Positions 1 to 11,502 of a stretch of DNA of 64,000 nucleotides are shown piece by piece. The translations under genes were made by a program, and so were the position numbers. Origin of the DNA: an uncultured Verrucomicrobiae bacterium (GTDB lineage Bacteria > Verrucomicrobiota > Verrucomicrobiia > Limisphaerales > JAFGQR01); assembly GCA_963788655.1 (NCBI GenBank), contig CAWBHS010000101.1, positions 1 to 64,000 on the forward strand, read 5' to 3'. How positions within the stretch are numbered: the first letter of the stretch is position 1; each line of letters opens with the position of its first letter. A model generated the notes under the pieces. That model was not told the origin of the DNA and made no database searches. It saw only the letters and a list, made by a program, of their open reading frames with translations.

Positions 1-148
1 GTCGGTTGGTAAAGACAAACAAATGCCCGGACGTCGGGTCCTCCTTCAACACCGACTGGACGCGTGCCAGCAGGCCGTTAAAGCTCTGGCGCAGGTCCAC
101 CGGCTCCAGGGCGACAAAGATGCGCGTCGCCGCGCTGAGGCTCAACAT
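1..148 (-). CDS. tnpB: IS66 accessory protein TnpB (Orf2), truncated by the window edge
   Basis: Manual translation from ATG at 148: MLSLSAATRIFVALEPVDLRQSFNGLLARVQSVLKEDPTSGHLFVFTNR, matching the IS66 TnpB pattern VDxRxxFxGL...GxLFVFxNR. Confidence 0.9.
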   Translation of the reverse strand, partial: MLSLSAATRIFVALEPVDLRQSFNGLLARVQSVLKEDPTSGHLFVFTNR

Positions 149-480
149 GGCTGGCGCAGAGATTGAAGGAGGGCGTGCACCCATTGCGGGTCCGCGCCGG
201 CCTGCAGTCGCACCACGGTCCCGCTCCCCAGAGCAATCTCAGCACTCCAGGGCGCCGGTGAGTGCAGGGGTGCGATCCGGATCTCTTGAAAGTCAACGGC
301 GCTGGGACGGGCGGGCATTTTGCTGCTGCGACGGTAGAGCCAGTTGCGGAAGGTGGTCCACTTGATGCCGCGACGCCGCGCAAAGATTTGCTGCGTCTCG
401 CCGCTGCCACGGAACTCGTTGACCCATGCGGCTCGCTGTTCGGGAGAATATCGAACGCGTCGACTCGATGATCGTTTCAT
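142..480 (-). CDS. tnpA: IS66 accessory protein TnpA (HTH)
   Basis: 112 aa with W..F..SG.TQ..FA...GI...TF..W pattern; stop overlaps the tnpB start. Confidence 0.85.
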   Translation of the reverse strand: MKRSSSRRVRYSPEQRAAWVNEFRGSGETQQIFARRRGIKWTTFRNWLYRRSSKMPARPSAVDFQEIRIAPLHSPAPWSAEIALGSGTVVRLQAGADPQWVHALLQSLRQPC

Positions 481-539
481 TCCGCCAGCGTAGCCAACGT
501 CGCCCGCGGCCCGCTAGGCGCGCTCCCCTTGACGCTTAC

Positions 540-640
540 GATCCAATAATACTCCACGAACTCGGTCCCAGTCCACCGATGCCAAACGACGCACGCAATG
601 GCTCTCGGCCTTTGGTCGCAGCGGACTCTCAGCTATTACC
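540..640 (-). pseudogene. Probable 5' end of a HAD-superfamily hydrolase gene cut by IS66 (start uncertain)
   Basis: Minus-strand frame reads VDWDRVRGVLLD then one C before the IS terminus, resembling the start of HAD motif I (hhhDxDGT). Confidence 0.4.
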
Positions 641-767
641 GCTTTCTTTGGCGTCGTAAAAGTTACCAAACTGGTGTCGTAGATGTTACCTGCGGTTGGC
701 CGTTTCCTGCTTGAATCGCGATCCGTCGCCCCGTTCGCGACGGGCCCGGTTTGGCTTATGGAACCAA

Positions 768-1997
768 TTATATCCGGAACAGGCCCTCGCTCGCACTCAT
801 GCTGTTGGTCCAAGTGGTGGTCTTTCCCGTAGCCGGCAAGCCGGACGCCACTTCCTGGCAGACACAATCCAACGTGGAACTGAACAGCACGTTGTAGTGC
901 AGGAACTCAGCGCTGTTCCATTCGAGACGGCATTGCCCATCGGGAAGCGGGGTCAGGCCAGAAATGCCAAAGTGATAACCTTCGAACAAGGTGATCTTGC
1001 CGTCAGAATCGCCCACCAAAATGTCCAGAACGCCATCGTGATTCCAATCCGTCACCTCGAGGCGATTGCGGTAGGTCCACGTCATGATGTACGTCAGCCC
1101 GGAGCCGCTTTCCGGAGCCTCGAGCCGAACTGGGGCCTCCAGGATGGGCGCCTGGTTGTTGCCGATGTTGTGGCACCAGATCACCGTGTAACTGGCGCTG
1201 CCCACCAGATCCTTGATGCCATCGCCATCCCAATCGCAGATTCGGATCGCAGAGCGTGAGCCGATATATACGTCGGCTCCGCCCGCTTGCAGCGGCGTGC
1301 GTGAACTGTAGGCCGGTGACTGGGCGGTGCCAACATTCCGAAACCAATAGACCTTGCCGTCGCCCGCGCCACAGATCAAATCCTTCAGACCGTCTTCATC
1401 CCAGTCATGGATGTATGGAGTGGCCCGCGAGAAAACACTCAAGGGCGAACTGCCCATCATCAGGAGCACGCCCGGCGCCAGGATCGGCTGGCGGTCGGTG
1501 TTCGTGTTTTGGTAATAATAAACCTGCCCGTCCGCGCCGCGTCCGACCAGCAGGTCGCGTCTGCCGTCGGCATCGTAATCGCACACCCAGGGCGCCGGCG
1601 CGCCGCAGCCGGTCGAGTAGTGGTAAATGTCCACACCCCCGGCCTGCAGATTGACAAATCCGTTGAAGGCCGGCTGGGAGGCTGTGCCGCTATTCAGCAA
1701 CAAGGCCACTTTGTCGGCCGATTTGTAGCCCACGATCAAGTCATCGAGGCCATCGCCGTTCCAATCGGCCACGCAGGGAATGGCGTGCTCACCCAGGTCC
1801 AGGGGCCCTGCTCCCAGGTTCACGGCAGCGGCGGGTTGCAACATGATCGGAGCGGCCATGGTGCGGTTCTGCCAGCATGCGATCACAAGCAGAATAAGGA
1901 TGACGCCAGCCAGACGGTGCTTGGCAATTGAAGGCGCGGTGACGAACCTTTGGCGATGAGGGTTCCCGTTAAGAAGCGTTTGCATAGGCATGACCAT
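768..1997 (-). CDS. Secreted FG-GAP/VCBS repeat (beta-propeller) protein
   Basis: Repeated D(W/Y)(N/D)xDGxxDL motifs, hydrophobic N-terminal signal, short beta-rich C-terminal domain. Confidence 0.85.
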   Translation of the reverse strand: MVMPMQTLLNGNPHRQRFVTAPSIAKHRLAGVILILLVIACWQNRTMAAPIMLQPAAAVNLGAGPLDLGEHAIPCVADWNGDGLDDLIVGYKSADKVALLLNSGTASQPAFNGFVNLQAGGVDIYHYSTGCGAPAPWVCDYDADGRRDLLVGRGADGQVYYYQNTNTDRQPILAPGVLLMMGSSPLSVFSRATPYIHDWDEDGLKDLICGAGDGKVYWFRNVGTAQSPAYSSRTPLQAGGADVYIGSRSAIRICDWDGDGIKDLVGSASYTVIWCHNIGNNQAPILEAPVRLEAPESGSGLTYIMTWTYRNRLEVTDWNHDGVLDILVGDSDGKITLFEGYHFGISGLTPLPDGQCRLEWNSAEFLHYNVLFSSTLDCVCQEVASGLPATGKTTTWTNSMSASEGLFRI

Positions 1998-2057
1998 TCA
2001 GGGTGGAAAACAGGAATAGTGATACCCAAAAGCTCAGCAATGGCAAGATGATAATAC

Positions 2058-3038
2058 TTGGACTTCCTCGACAAGTTATTGGGACAATGGCAGACTCTAC
2101 TGGTGTTGTTGAGCAAACTGGAAAATTTGCGTGGTCTGCTCCGGTCCTATGGTTCCTGTTTGGTGGCCTACTCGGGCGGAGTGGATTCAGTCTTTCTGGC
2201 GCGCGTTGCCCGAGACGTTTTGGGTGAGCGGGCCTTGGCAGTTATTGCCGATTCGCCCAGCCTGCCCCGTCGGGAACTCACGGAGGCCCTCGAATTGGGA
2301 CAACAATTTGGTTTTCCGGTCCGGATCGTCCGCACACAGGAGTTTGATAATCCGGATTATCTCTCGAACACGAACACGCGCTGTTATTTCTGCAAACACG
2401 AGCTATTCACCGAACTGGCACCCCTGGCGCGCGCCGAAGGATTTGCCGCGATTGTTTATGGCGAAAATGCCAGTGATGTCGGTGATTTTCGTCCCGGCGC
2501 CAAGGCGGCTGCGGAGTTCGAAGTACGGGCGCCACTCAAAGAAGTCGGGCTGACCAAGGCCGAAATCCGCGAGCTTTCCGCCCAAATGGGCCTGCCGACG
2601 GCCGATAAACCGCAAATGGCCTGCCTGAGTTCGCGGGTGCCTTACGGCGAACCGGTTACGCCCGAAAAGCTTAGAATGATCGAAGAGGCAGAGTATGTGC
2701 TGCGCGACATGGGATTTTATGACGTGCGGGTCCGGCATCATGAGCTGACTCCCAAGTTAACGAGCACGCCGGCCAGTCCGGCAAATGCCGCATTGGCTGT
2801 CGATTTTCGGAAGCAGCCATCCCCGGCCACGGCGGCGCTGGCGCGCATTGAAGTCGGCGCCGGAGAGATGCCCAAGTTCCTGGAAAACGGAGCGTCGGTG
2901 CGGGTGGCCGAGGCGCTGCGGAAACTTGGTTATGCGCACGTGACCCTGGATTTGCTGGGGTATCGTCGTGGCAGTGTCAACGAACGAATTGCCACGCCGG
3001 GCGGACCAGCCACTCCGGGTCCGGACGCAAAAGCGTGA
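2058..3038 (+). CDS. larE: ATP-dependent sacrificial sulfur transferase LarE (true start may be near 2104)
   Basis: PP-loop VAYSGGVDS, RCYFCK, D.RPG, ACLSSRVPYG, VRVRH, TLDL.GYR.GS. Confidence 0.9.
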   Translation: MDFLDKLLGQWQTLLVLLSKLENLRGLLRSYGSCLVAYSGGVDSVFLARVARDVLGERALAVIADSPSLPRRELTEALELGQQFGFPVRIVRTQEFDNPDYLSNTNTRCYFCKHELFTELAPLARAEGFAAIVYGENASDVGDFRPGAKAAAEFEVRAPLKEVGLTKAEIRELSAQMGLPTADKPQMACLSSRVPYGEPVTPEKLRMIEEAEYVLRDMGFYDVRVRHHELTPKLTSTPASPANAALAVDFRKQPSPATAALARIEVGAGEMPKFLENGASVRVAEALRKLGYAHVTLDLLGYRRGSVNERIATPGGPATPGPDAKA

Positions 3039-3074
3039 AACTTTGACGGCTGACAGGTTATCAAATAAGAAATT

Positions 3075-4358
3075 ATGCCACAATTTGCATACAGAGCGCG
3101 CCGGCGCAGCGGTGAGTTGGTGAAAGACATTCTCGACGCGCCGGATCGAAACACGGCGCTGATGCATATCGAGCGACTCGGTTTGTTCCCGATCTCCGTG
3201 GATGCCGGCAAAGGCGCGGTGGCCGCCGCAACCAACGAACGGATTGGGGCGGGCGCCGCCGGAAGAACCAACGTCCTGCCGGCCGGGGTCCAACGGATGC
3301 TCCAGCGCAAACGCAAACCCAAGTTGCAGGAACTGGCCACCTTCACCCAGCAACTCTCCAACTTGCTCAAATGCGGCATGCCGCTCACGGTGGCACTGCA
3401 AAGCATGTCGCACTTGGAATCCAAAGGGATCCCGTCGGAAGTCAGCAAGATCCTCAAGCAGGATGTCATGGAGGGCAAGAGCTTGTCGGACTCGATGAGC
3501 AAGCAACCGGCGATCTTCTCAGATCTATACGTGAACATGGTCCGGGCCGGCGAGCAAAGCGGTGCGTTGGTCGATGTGCTCAAGCGGTTGGCGGATCACT
3601 ACGAGCGGTTTGCCGAAGTGCAGTCCAAGTTTGTGTCGGCGTTAATCTACCCAGCCATCGTGGGGTGCGTGGGCGTCATCATCATCATCTTCTTCATGAC
3701 CTTCATGCTGCCCAAGTTCATGACGATATTCCAGGGCTTGAAGGTGGAGTTGCCCTGGGCCACGCGGATCCTCATCAAGTTTGGCGACTTTTTCGGCAAT
3801 CCCATGCACTGGGCCATGATCGGATTGGTGCTCGCCGCGATTGTCGTAATCTGGTTACGGTTCAAGGCCAGCCGGGAAGGCAAACGCAAGATTGATGACT
3901 GGAAAATGCGTTTACCGATCCTGGGCAAAGCCGTGCGGTTGAATTTGTTTGGCCAGTTCGCGCGCACCCTCTCCACGCTGTTGATCAACGGTGTGCCCGT
4001 GCTGACGGCCCTGAAAATCACCGAACAAATCGTGCCGAACGTGATTGTGAAGGAGGCGATTGCACGAACGCGGGAAGACGTGACCGACGGTAAAACGATT
4101 GCCCAACCGCTGGCCCGCAGCAAACTGTTTCCGCAATTGATGATCGACTTGCTGAAGATCGGCGAGGACACCGGCGACGTGCCGGGCGCCCTGCAAAACA
4201 TCGCCGAAACCTACGAGAACGAGTTGGGCATCCAATTGCGCGTGATGACCAACCTGATCGAACCCGCGATGATCATCGCCATGGCCGTGGGCGTCGGCGG
4301 CCTGTTGTTTAGCATCTTGTCGGCGATGTTCGCCATCACCAGCAGCATCAACCGGTAA
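3075..4358 (+). CDS. Type II secretion F / type IV pilus PilC family platform protein
   Basis: F.Y.A N-terminus, FTQQL..LL..G.PL, MVRAGE.SG.L, AL.YP, IGE.TG, IEP motifs. Confidence 0.92.
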   Translation: MPQFAYRARRRSGELVKDILDAPDRNTALMHIERLGLFPISVDAGKGAVAAATNERIGAGAAGRTNVLPAGVQRMLQRKRKPKLQELATFTQQLSNLLKCGMPLTVALQSMSHLESKGIPSEVSKILKQDVMEGKSLSDSMSKQPAIFSDLYVNMVRAGEQSGALVDVLKRLADHYERFAEVQSKFVSALIYPAIVGCVGVIIIIFFMTFMLPKFMTIFQGLKVELPWATRILIKFGDFFGNPMHWAMIGLVLAAIVVIWLRFKASREGKRKIDDWKMRLPILGKAVRLNLFGQFARTLSTLLINGVPVLTALKITEQIVPNVIVKEAIARTREDVTDGKTIAQPLARSKLFPQLMIDLLKIGEDTGDVPGALQNIAETYENELGIQLRVMTNLIEPAMIIAMAVGVGGLLFSILSAMFAITSSINR

Positions 4359-4364
4359 CGCGGG

Positions 4365-4412
4365 GGAAATCCGAAGGCAGAAAGAAGGCCGAAAGCCGAA
4401 GGATCGAAACCC
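4365..4412 (+). repeat. Degenerate heptamer repeat (GAAATCC/GAAGGCC type) between convergent genes
   Basis: gaaatccgaaggcagaaagaaggccgaaagccgaaggatcgaaaccc; related copies on the opposite strand near 25008-25052 and 48272-48331. Confidence 0.6.
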
Positions 4413-4447
4413 AACAAAGTTAGCCAATTCAAAGGTGTGGCTGTAGC

Positions 4448-5773
<1,326 letters not shown>

Positions 5774-5781
5774 GAGTCCGA

Positions 5782-6588
5782 TTACCCAATTCCCAGCAAC
5801 TCTGCGATCTTTGCTTGGATACTGCCGCTGCGCATCAGCGATTCTCCCACCAGGATGGCCTGGGCGCCGCATTGGGCCAATCGCTCGACATCCGCGCGTG
5901 TGTGAATGCCACTCTCAGCCACCAACGCTCTTCGAGTGCCGCCGGGCATGGCGCGCAATTTGGCGGCCAGCCCTTCGGTTGTCGCCAGGTCCACCTGGAA
6001 GGTTTTGAGATTGCGATTGTTCACTCCGATCACTCGCGCGCCAGCACCAACTGCGCGCTTCAATTCGATCTCATCATGCACCTCGACCAACGCGGTCAAT
6101 CCCGCGGCGTCCGCCAGGGCAACGTAGGCGGCCAGTTGTTCATCGCTGAGAATGGCCACGATCAGCAGCACGGCATCGGCTCCCCATTCGATGGCTTCGA
6201 GGATCTGCCGCTGGTCAATGATGAAGTCTTTGCGCAGCAACGGCAGACGGACGTTTTTCCGAATTTGCTGCAAATAATCGAGAGAACCTTGGAAGAACTG
6301 TTCGTCCGTAAGCACCGACAAGCAACTGGCGCCCGCGGCTTCGTATTCGCGGGCGATACGCACTGGATCGAAGTCCGGGCAAATCACGCCCGCGGAGGGC
6401 GATGCTTTCTTCACCTCGGCAATCAACGCCACCCGGCCGGTTTGCGGTCGGCGCAAGGCCCCGGCAAAATTCCGGCGTGGACCATGTTGCCGGATGGCTT
6501 CGTGCAATTCCGGCAAGGTCACTTCGCGCTCCGGCAACCGGGCGACCTCAAGCCGTTTCTGTGCAACGATGGTGTCGAGGATGTTCAT
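5782..6588 (-). CDS. trpC: Indole-3-glycerol phosphate synthase
   Basis: IAEVKKASPS, LSVLTD..FF.GS, LRKDFI, LVEVH, GVNNRNL, VAESGI, LVGESLM. Confidence 0.97.
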   Translation of the reverse strand: MNILDTIVAQKRLEVARLPEREVTLPELHEAIRQHGPRRNFAGALRRPQTGRVALIAEVKKASPSAGVICPDFDPVRIAREYEAAGASCLSVLTDEQFFQGSLDYLQQIRKNVRLPLLRKDFIIDQRQILEAIEWGADAVLLIVAILSDEQLAAYVALADAAGLTALVEVHDEIELKRAVGAGARVIGVNNRNLKTFQVDLATTEGLAAKLRAMPGGTRRALVAESGIHTRADVERLAQCGAQAILVGESLMRSGSIQAKIAELLGIG

Positions 6589-6721
6589 TTGTTTGTCGGC
6601 AGCCCGTAGTCGGTGGATGTGAACAGGAACCGCTCCTGCCACTCACCATTGATCTTGTTGTGCTACTGATTACTGATCACCGGTCACTGATCACTCACTT
6701 TTGCCCACTGATTGTCGCCAA

Positions 6722-7869
6722 TCATTCTTCCTCGTCGTCCTTCACCCCGGCCATGCCGTTTGGTGGGGCATCCGGCGCGCAACCAGCCGTTCACGAACGT
6801 ATCCAGATCACCATCCATCACGCCTTGCACGTTGCTGGTTTCAATGCCGGTGCGGAGGTCTTTGACCATGCGGTACGGCATGGAAGACGTAGCTGCGAAT
6901 CTGGTTGCCCCAGGCGATGCGCCTTTTTCGCCATAGAATCGTTCCATGTCTGCTTTCTGCGCGTCGATGCGCTGGGCATACAGTTTGGAGAGCAACAACT
7001 TCATGGCGGTGGCGCGGTTCTGATGCTGCGAGCGCTGATTTTGCGAGGCCGCGACCAAGCCGGTGGGAAGGTGCGTGATGCGCACGGCGGTTTCGACCTT
7101 GTTGACATTTTGGCCGCCTTTGCCGCCGGAGCGGAACGTGTCCACCTCGAATTCAGCCGGATTGATGACGATGTCCGGCGCCTCTTCGATTTCGGCAATC
7201 ACGTCCACGCTGGCAAAACTGGTGTGCCGGCGCTTGTTGGCGTCGAAGGGCGAAATGCGGACCAACCGGTGAACGCCGCGTTCGGCTTTGGCAGTAGCCG
7301 TAGGCGAACTCGCCGGTGAGAAACAAGGTGGCGCTCTTGATTCCCGCCGATTCTCCGGCGAGTACGTCAGTGGTTTCCACCCCCAGCCACGGTTCTCCGC
7401 CCAGCGCTGATACATGCGCATCAGCATCTTGGCCCAATCGCACGATTCGGTGCCGCCGGCGCCGGCGTTGATGCTCAGGATGCAATTGTTCTTGTCGTGC
7501 GGTTCGCTCAGGAAGACGCGCAATTCAAGATCCTCGAGCTCGTGGGTAAACTGTTGCAGCTCGCCTTCAAGTTGGGGCAAATGTTGGGCCTGCTCGGCTT
7601 CCGGCTCGGCTTCGCACAACTCGACCATGACTTGCAAGTCATCGAGTTGCTTCTCCACCTGGCGAAGCGGATCGATTTTATTGCGCTGGGTGTTGGCTTC
7701 CTCGATGAATTTCTGGGCCTGCTCGCGGTTGGTCCAGAAATCCTCTCGCGCCATCAACGCTTCCAACTCACTCAGTCGTTTTTGCGCTGTCGGCACGTCA
7801 AAGAAACCTCCGCAAATGCGAGAGTTTGTCTGCCGCGGTGCCTAACTGAGCTTTGATGACGTCGAACAT
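6722..7869 (-). CDS. prfB: Peptide chain release factor 2, with a programmed +1 frameshift and extra indels
   Basis: Leader [23 protein letters not shown] then CTT TGA C; SPF anticodon and GGQ motifs; parts ([16 protein letters not shown]-terminus) lie in other frames. Confidence 0.95.
7797..7811 (-). promoter_or_regulatory. RF2 autoregulatory +1 ribosomal frameshift site
   Basis: Minus strand GGAGG-T-TT-CTT-TGA-C: internal SD-like sequence, slippery CTT and in-frame UGA. Confidence 0.95.
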
Positions 7870-8047
7870 GAGGGCACTTTAACGGAACCAATGGGAGGGG
7901 CGCAAGTTGAAGTGCGATGCGCGATTCGCCAACGAAATTCATCAGGCGGCTATTGGGTCGCTCGTTGCTCGAACCAGCGGCCCGTCTGCGTGACAAAACT
8001 TGAAAAGCACCAAGTTCAAACCGAACTGACACCACCGACCTGTTGCG

Positions 8048-9079
8048 TCAATGTTGCATCTCCAACATCCCCAAGCGCCAAGGAATCTTGCTGTAGCCGC
8101 CGCTATTGCGGTATTCCGCATCGCTGGCGCCCTGGAAAACGAAGCGCACGTTGACCGGGTCCACTTCCATCAGTTCATCCACGCCGGCCCGGATTAATTC
8201 GCCGTGGCTGATGTTGGCGGTCCACTCGGGGTCCGGTTGCACATTCGCCTTTGCAGCAAAGGGATGGGCGAGCGTGTCCGCCAATCCTTTCCAAGGTCCT
8301 TCCAACCGGTCAGCGAGGTAGGCCTTATAATAACGCCGTCTTCCGCCTTGGGCTTCCACGATGGTCAGGTATTGCTTCAGGCCCTTGAGCTGGTACGTAT
8401 GTGACGCTTCAAAAACATCTCCTTGAAACGCCACTTGCTGATCCGACCAGCCGAACGGGAAGTCTGATTTCTTCGTTTCGCGACGCCAGACGTGGCCATC
8501 CAACGAGGTGTAAAACAGATGGGCCTTTTCCTGGTCGCAGATCACCCAAAAGTCGAGCCACTTGGGTTTCGCCGGAGCGTTGGTGACCATCGGCTGCGGC
8601 GCCGTCCACGACTTTGGGTCGGCCAGATTGTCCGTGGTGGAGAAACAGGGGCCTAACGGAGGCGTGCGTTTCTTTTCCGCCAATTGGAAAACGAGATACC
8701 ATTTCTTGTGCGGCCTGAAATAGAACACCTGCGGCGCGCAATAATACTGGTCGTGCAAAGCCAGCACATGGCGCGAGGCCTGGTCGGCTTGGGACCAATC
8801 CGCAAAATTCAGGTATTCAATATCCACTTTCCCGGACTGCATGCGCACCGTGGCAAACAAGTGCCAACGGCCATTGTGAAAAACAACAGTCGGATCTTTG
8901 ATGGAAACATGGGGATCCGTGGCCGTCTTACCGGGACCGACACCAATCAGTGGATCTGACGCTTTCCAGGCAAAGGCTCCGTCCGCAAACGCTTTCCACG
9001 GCTCCTGGGCGGAAGCATTGGTCAGGGCAAACGACAGAGTTGCGGCCAGGTGAAGGATGAATAGTGAGGACGTTTTCAT
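8048..9079 (-). CDS. Secreted alpha-L-arabinofuranosidase, GH62-like
   Basis: Signal peptide; KDPTVV, APQVFYF.P.KKWYL, WLDFWVICD, FEAS..Y, ISHGELIR. Confidence 0.85.
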   Translation of the reverse strand: MKTSSLFILHLAATLSFALTNASAQEPWKAFADGAFAWKASDPLIGVGPGKTATDPHVSIKDPTVVFHNGRWHLFATVRMQSGKVDIEYLNFADWSQADQASRHVLALHDQYYCAPQVFYFRPHKKWYLVFQLAEKKRTPPLGPCFSTTDNLADPKSWTAPQPMVTNAPAKPKWLDFWVICDQEKAHLFYTSLDGHVWRRETKKSDFPFGWSDQQVAFQGDVFEASHTYQLKGLKQYLTIVEAQGGRRRYYKAYLADRLEGPWKGLADTLAHPFAAKANVQPDPEWTANISHGELIRAGVDELMEVDPVNVRFVFQGASDAEYRNSGGYSKIPWRLGMLEMQH

Positions 9080-9174
9080 GGTCAGGTTGAACGAGTGTGT
9101 GCCAAGTATGATTGAGGCGTTCGACTGTCCAACTTTATTTTCAAAATAATTTTCGGCGCAGTTTGGATTTCCTG

Positions 9175-9553
<379 letters not shown>

Positions 9554-9631
9554 TTTCTGGTTTCTCATCAAGGTTTTGATGGTGGTGGGATTCTTTTGTT
9601 TGGTTCAAACTGAATTACGATTGGTCTTGTT

Positions 9632-11070
9632 ATGAACGAAAAAAAATCCGCGGCAACCCCGACTCCCAAGAGCGTGATCGAAATGGCCAAGAAGGCCGGG
9701 GCCAAGATGGTCGACATCAAGTTCGTCGACACCTTCGGCACCTGGCAGCATTTCAGTTGTCCGATCCGCGAACTGACCGAGGACATTTTCACCGAGGGCC
9801 TGGGTTTTGACGGTTCGTCCATCCGCGGCTGGAAAGCATCGAAGCCTCCGACATGCTGGCGATGCCCGATCCGGCCACCGCGTTCATCGATCCGTTCTGC
9901 GCCATGCCCACCCTCTCGTTGACCTGCACCATCGCCGAAACCGGCACCAAGGAGCCCTACACCCGCGATCCGCGCGGCATCGCCCAGCGGGCCGAGAAAT
10001 ACCTCATCTCAGCACCGGCCTGGCCGACCCGGCCTTCTTCGGTCCGGAAGCGGAGTTTTTCATCTTCGACAACGTGCAATACGACAGCAAGAGCAACGGC
10101 ACCTTCTACAGCGTGGATTCCGAGGAAGGCATCTGGAACACCGGCCGCGACGAAATGCCCAACCTGGGCTACAAGATCCGCCACAAGGAAGGGTATTTCC
10201 CGGTGGCGCCGGCCGACACGCAGCAGGACATCCGCACCGAGATGTGCTGCTGATGATGGAACTGGGCGTGCACATCGAGCGCCAGCACCACGAAGTGGCC
10301 ACCGCCGGTCAGGCGGAAATTGATTATCGCTTCGAGCACGCTGCTGCGGGCGGCCGACACGATGATGGTTTACAAGTACGTCGTCAAGAACGTGGCGCGC
10401 CGGCACGGCAAGACGGCGACGTTCATGCCCAAACCGCTCTTTGGCGACAACGGCAGCGGGATGCACACCCACCAGAGCCTGTGGAAGAAGGGCAAGCCGC
10501 TGTTTGCCGGCAACGAATACGCGGGGCTGAGCCAGATGGCGCTCTATTACGTGGGCGGGTTGCTCAAGCACGCGCGGGCGTTGTGCGCGTTGTGCAATCC
10601 GACGACCAACAGCTACAAGCGGCTGGTGCCGGGCTACGAAGCGCCGGTGAACCTGGCCTACAGCTGCGCGCAACCGCTGCGCGGCGATCCGCATTCCGAC
10701 CTACAGCGAGAGCCCGAAAGCCAAGCGCATCGAGTATCGCCCGCCGGATCCGGCGGCCAATCCGTATCTGGCCTTTGCGGCGCTGCTGATGGCGGGGCTG
10801 GACGGGATGCAGAACAAGATCGATCCGGGCGAACCGCTGGACAAGAACATCTACGAACTGCCGCCCGAGGAACTGAAGAAAGTGCCCAACGTGGCCGGGA
10901 GTCTGGGCGAAGCGTTGGATTGCCTGGAAAAGGACCACGAGTTTCTGCTCAAGGGCGACGTGTTCACGCAGGATTTCCTGGACATGTGGATCAGCGCCAA
11001 GCGCAAGGAGCACGACGCGCTGCGCCTGCGTCCGCATCCGTACGAGTTCTTCCTGTACTACGACGTGTAA
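9632..11070 (+). CDS. glnA: Type I glutamine synthetase, split by about 5 indels
   Basis: [58 protein letters not shown] and PHPYEF found in successive frames. Confidence 0.93.
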
Positions 11071-11099
11071 TTCGGATGATGACGAGCCGAACCAGCGAG

Positions 11100-11500
11100 A
11101 TTATTTTGCGTGGAAAGCTCAGGAAAAGGCCTGGAAATTAGGGCGTTTAACCCCCTGTGAATAACTCGTGAACAAGAGTTAATATGTTGTCCTCGTCAGC
11201 AACCCGGCCTTTTCATAGAAACGCACTACGCAATTCGACGGGATCAGCTTGGAGCCGGCAGTTTATGGTTTTTGGCACGGCTGCCAACCGCGAATCGCTC
11301 ATTTTATAAGTTGTTAATTTACAATAGCCTGCAAGTTTTGGATGTTTGGACACGGCGCTTAAATGATCGGAAATCGGTAGAATTGGTACACCGCCGGAAA
11401 GGCGGCGCGCTTCCAACTGGTTGACAAAAGCAAGGTTACAGACAGGTGAACTTGGGCAAGTGAATAATTCCTAAAATCGAACGGAATTCAGAAGGATCGG
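11100..11500. promoter_or_regulatory. dnaA upstream region, candidate oriC
   Basis: AT-enriched intergenic DNA; TGTGAATAA (TTATNCACA box) at 11156-11164, CGTGAACAA at 11167-11175, AGTGAATAA at 11459-11467. Confidence 0.5.
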
Positions 11501-11502
11501 AT

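Larger units (their letters stand above)
1..539 (-). mobile_element. IS66-family insertion sequence, left end (runs off the window start)
   Basis: Minus strand starts GTAAGCGTC at 539, a typical IS66 terminus, followed by overlapping tnpA- and tnpB-like ORFs. Confidence 0.9.

Noticed and set aside
3075..4358. Complete T2SS or type IV pilus cluster
   Set aside because: Only the platform gene is here; no ATPase or secretin nearby
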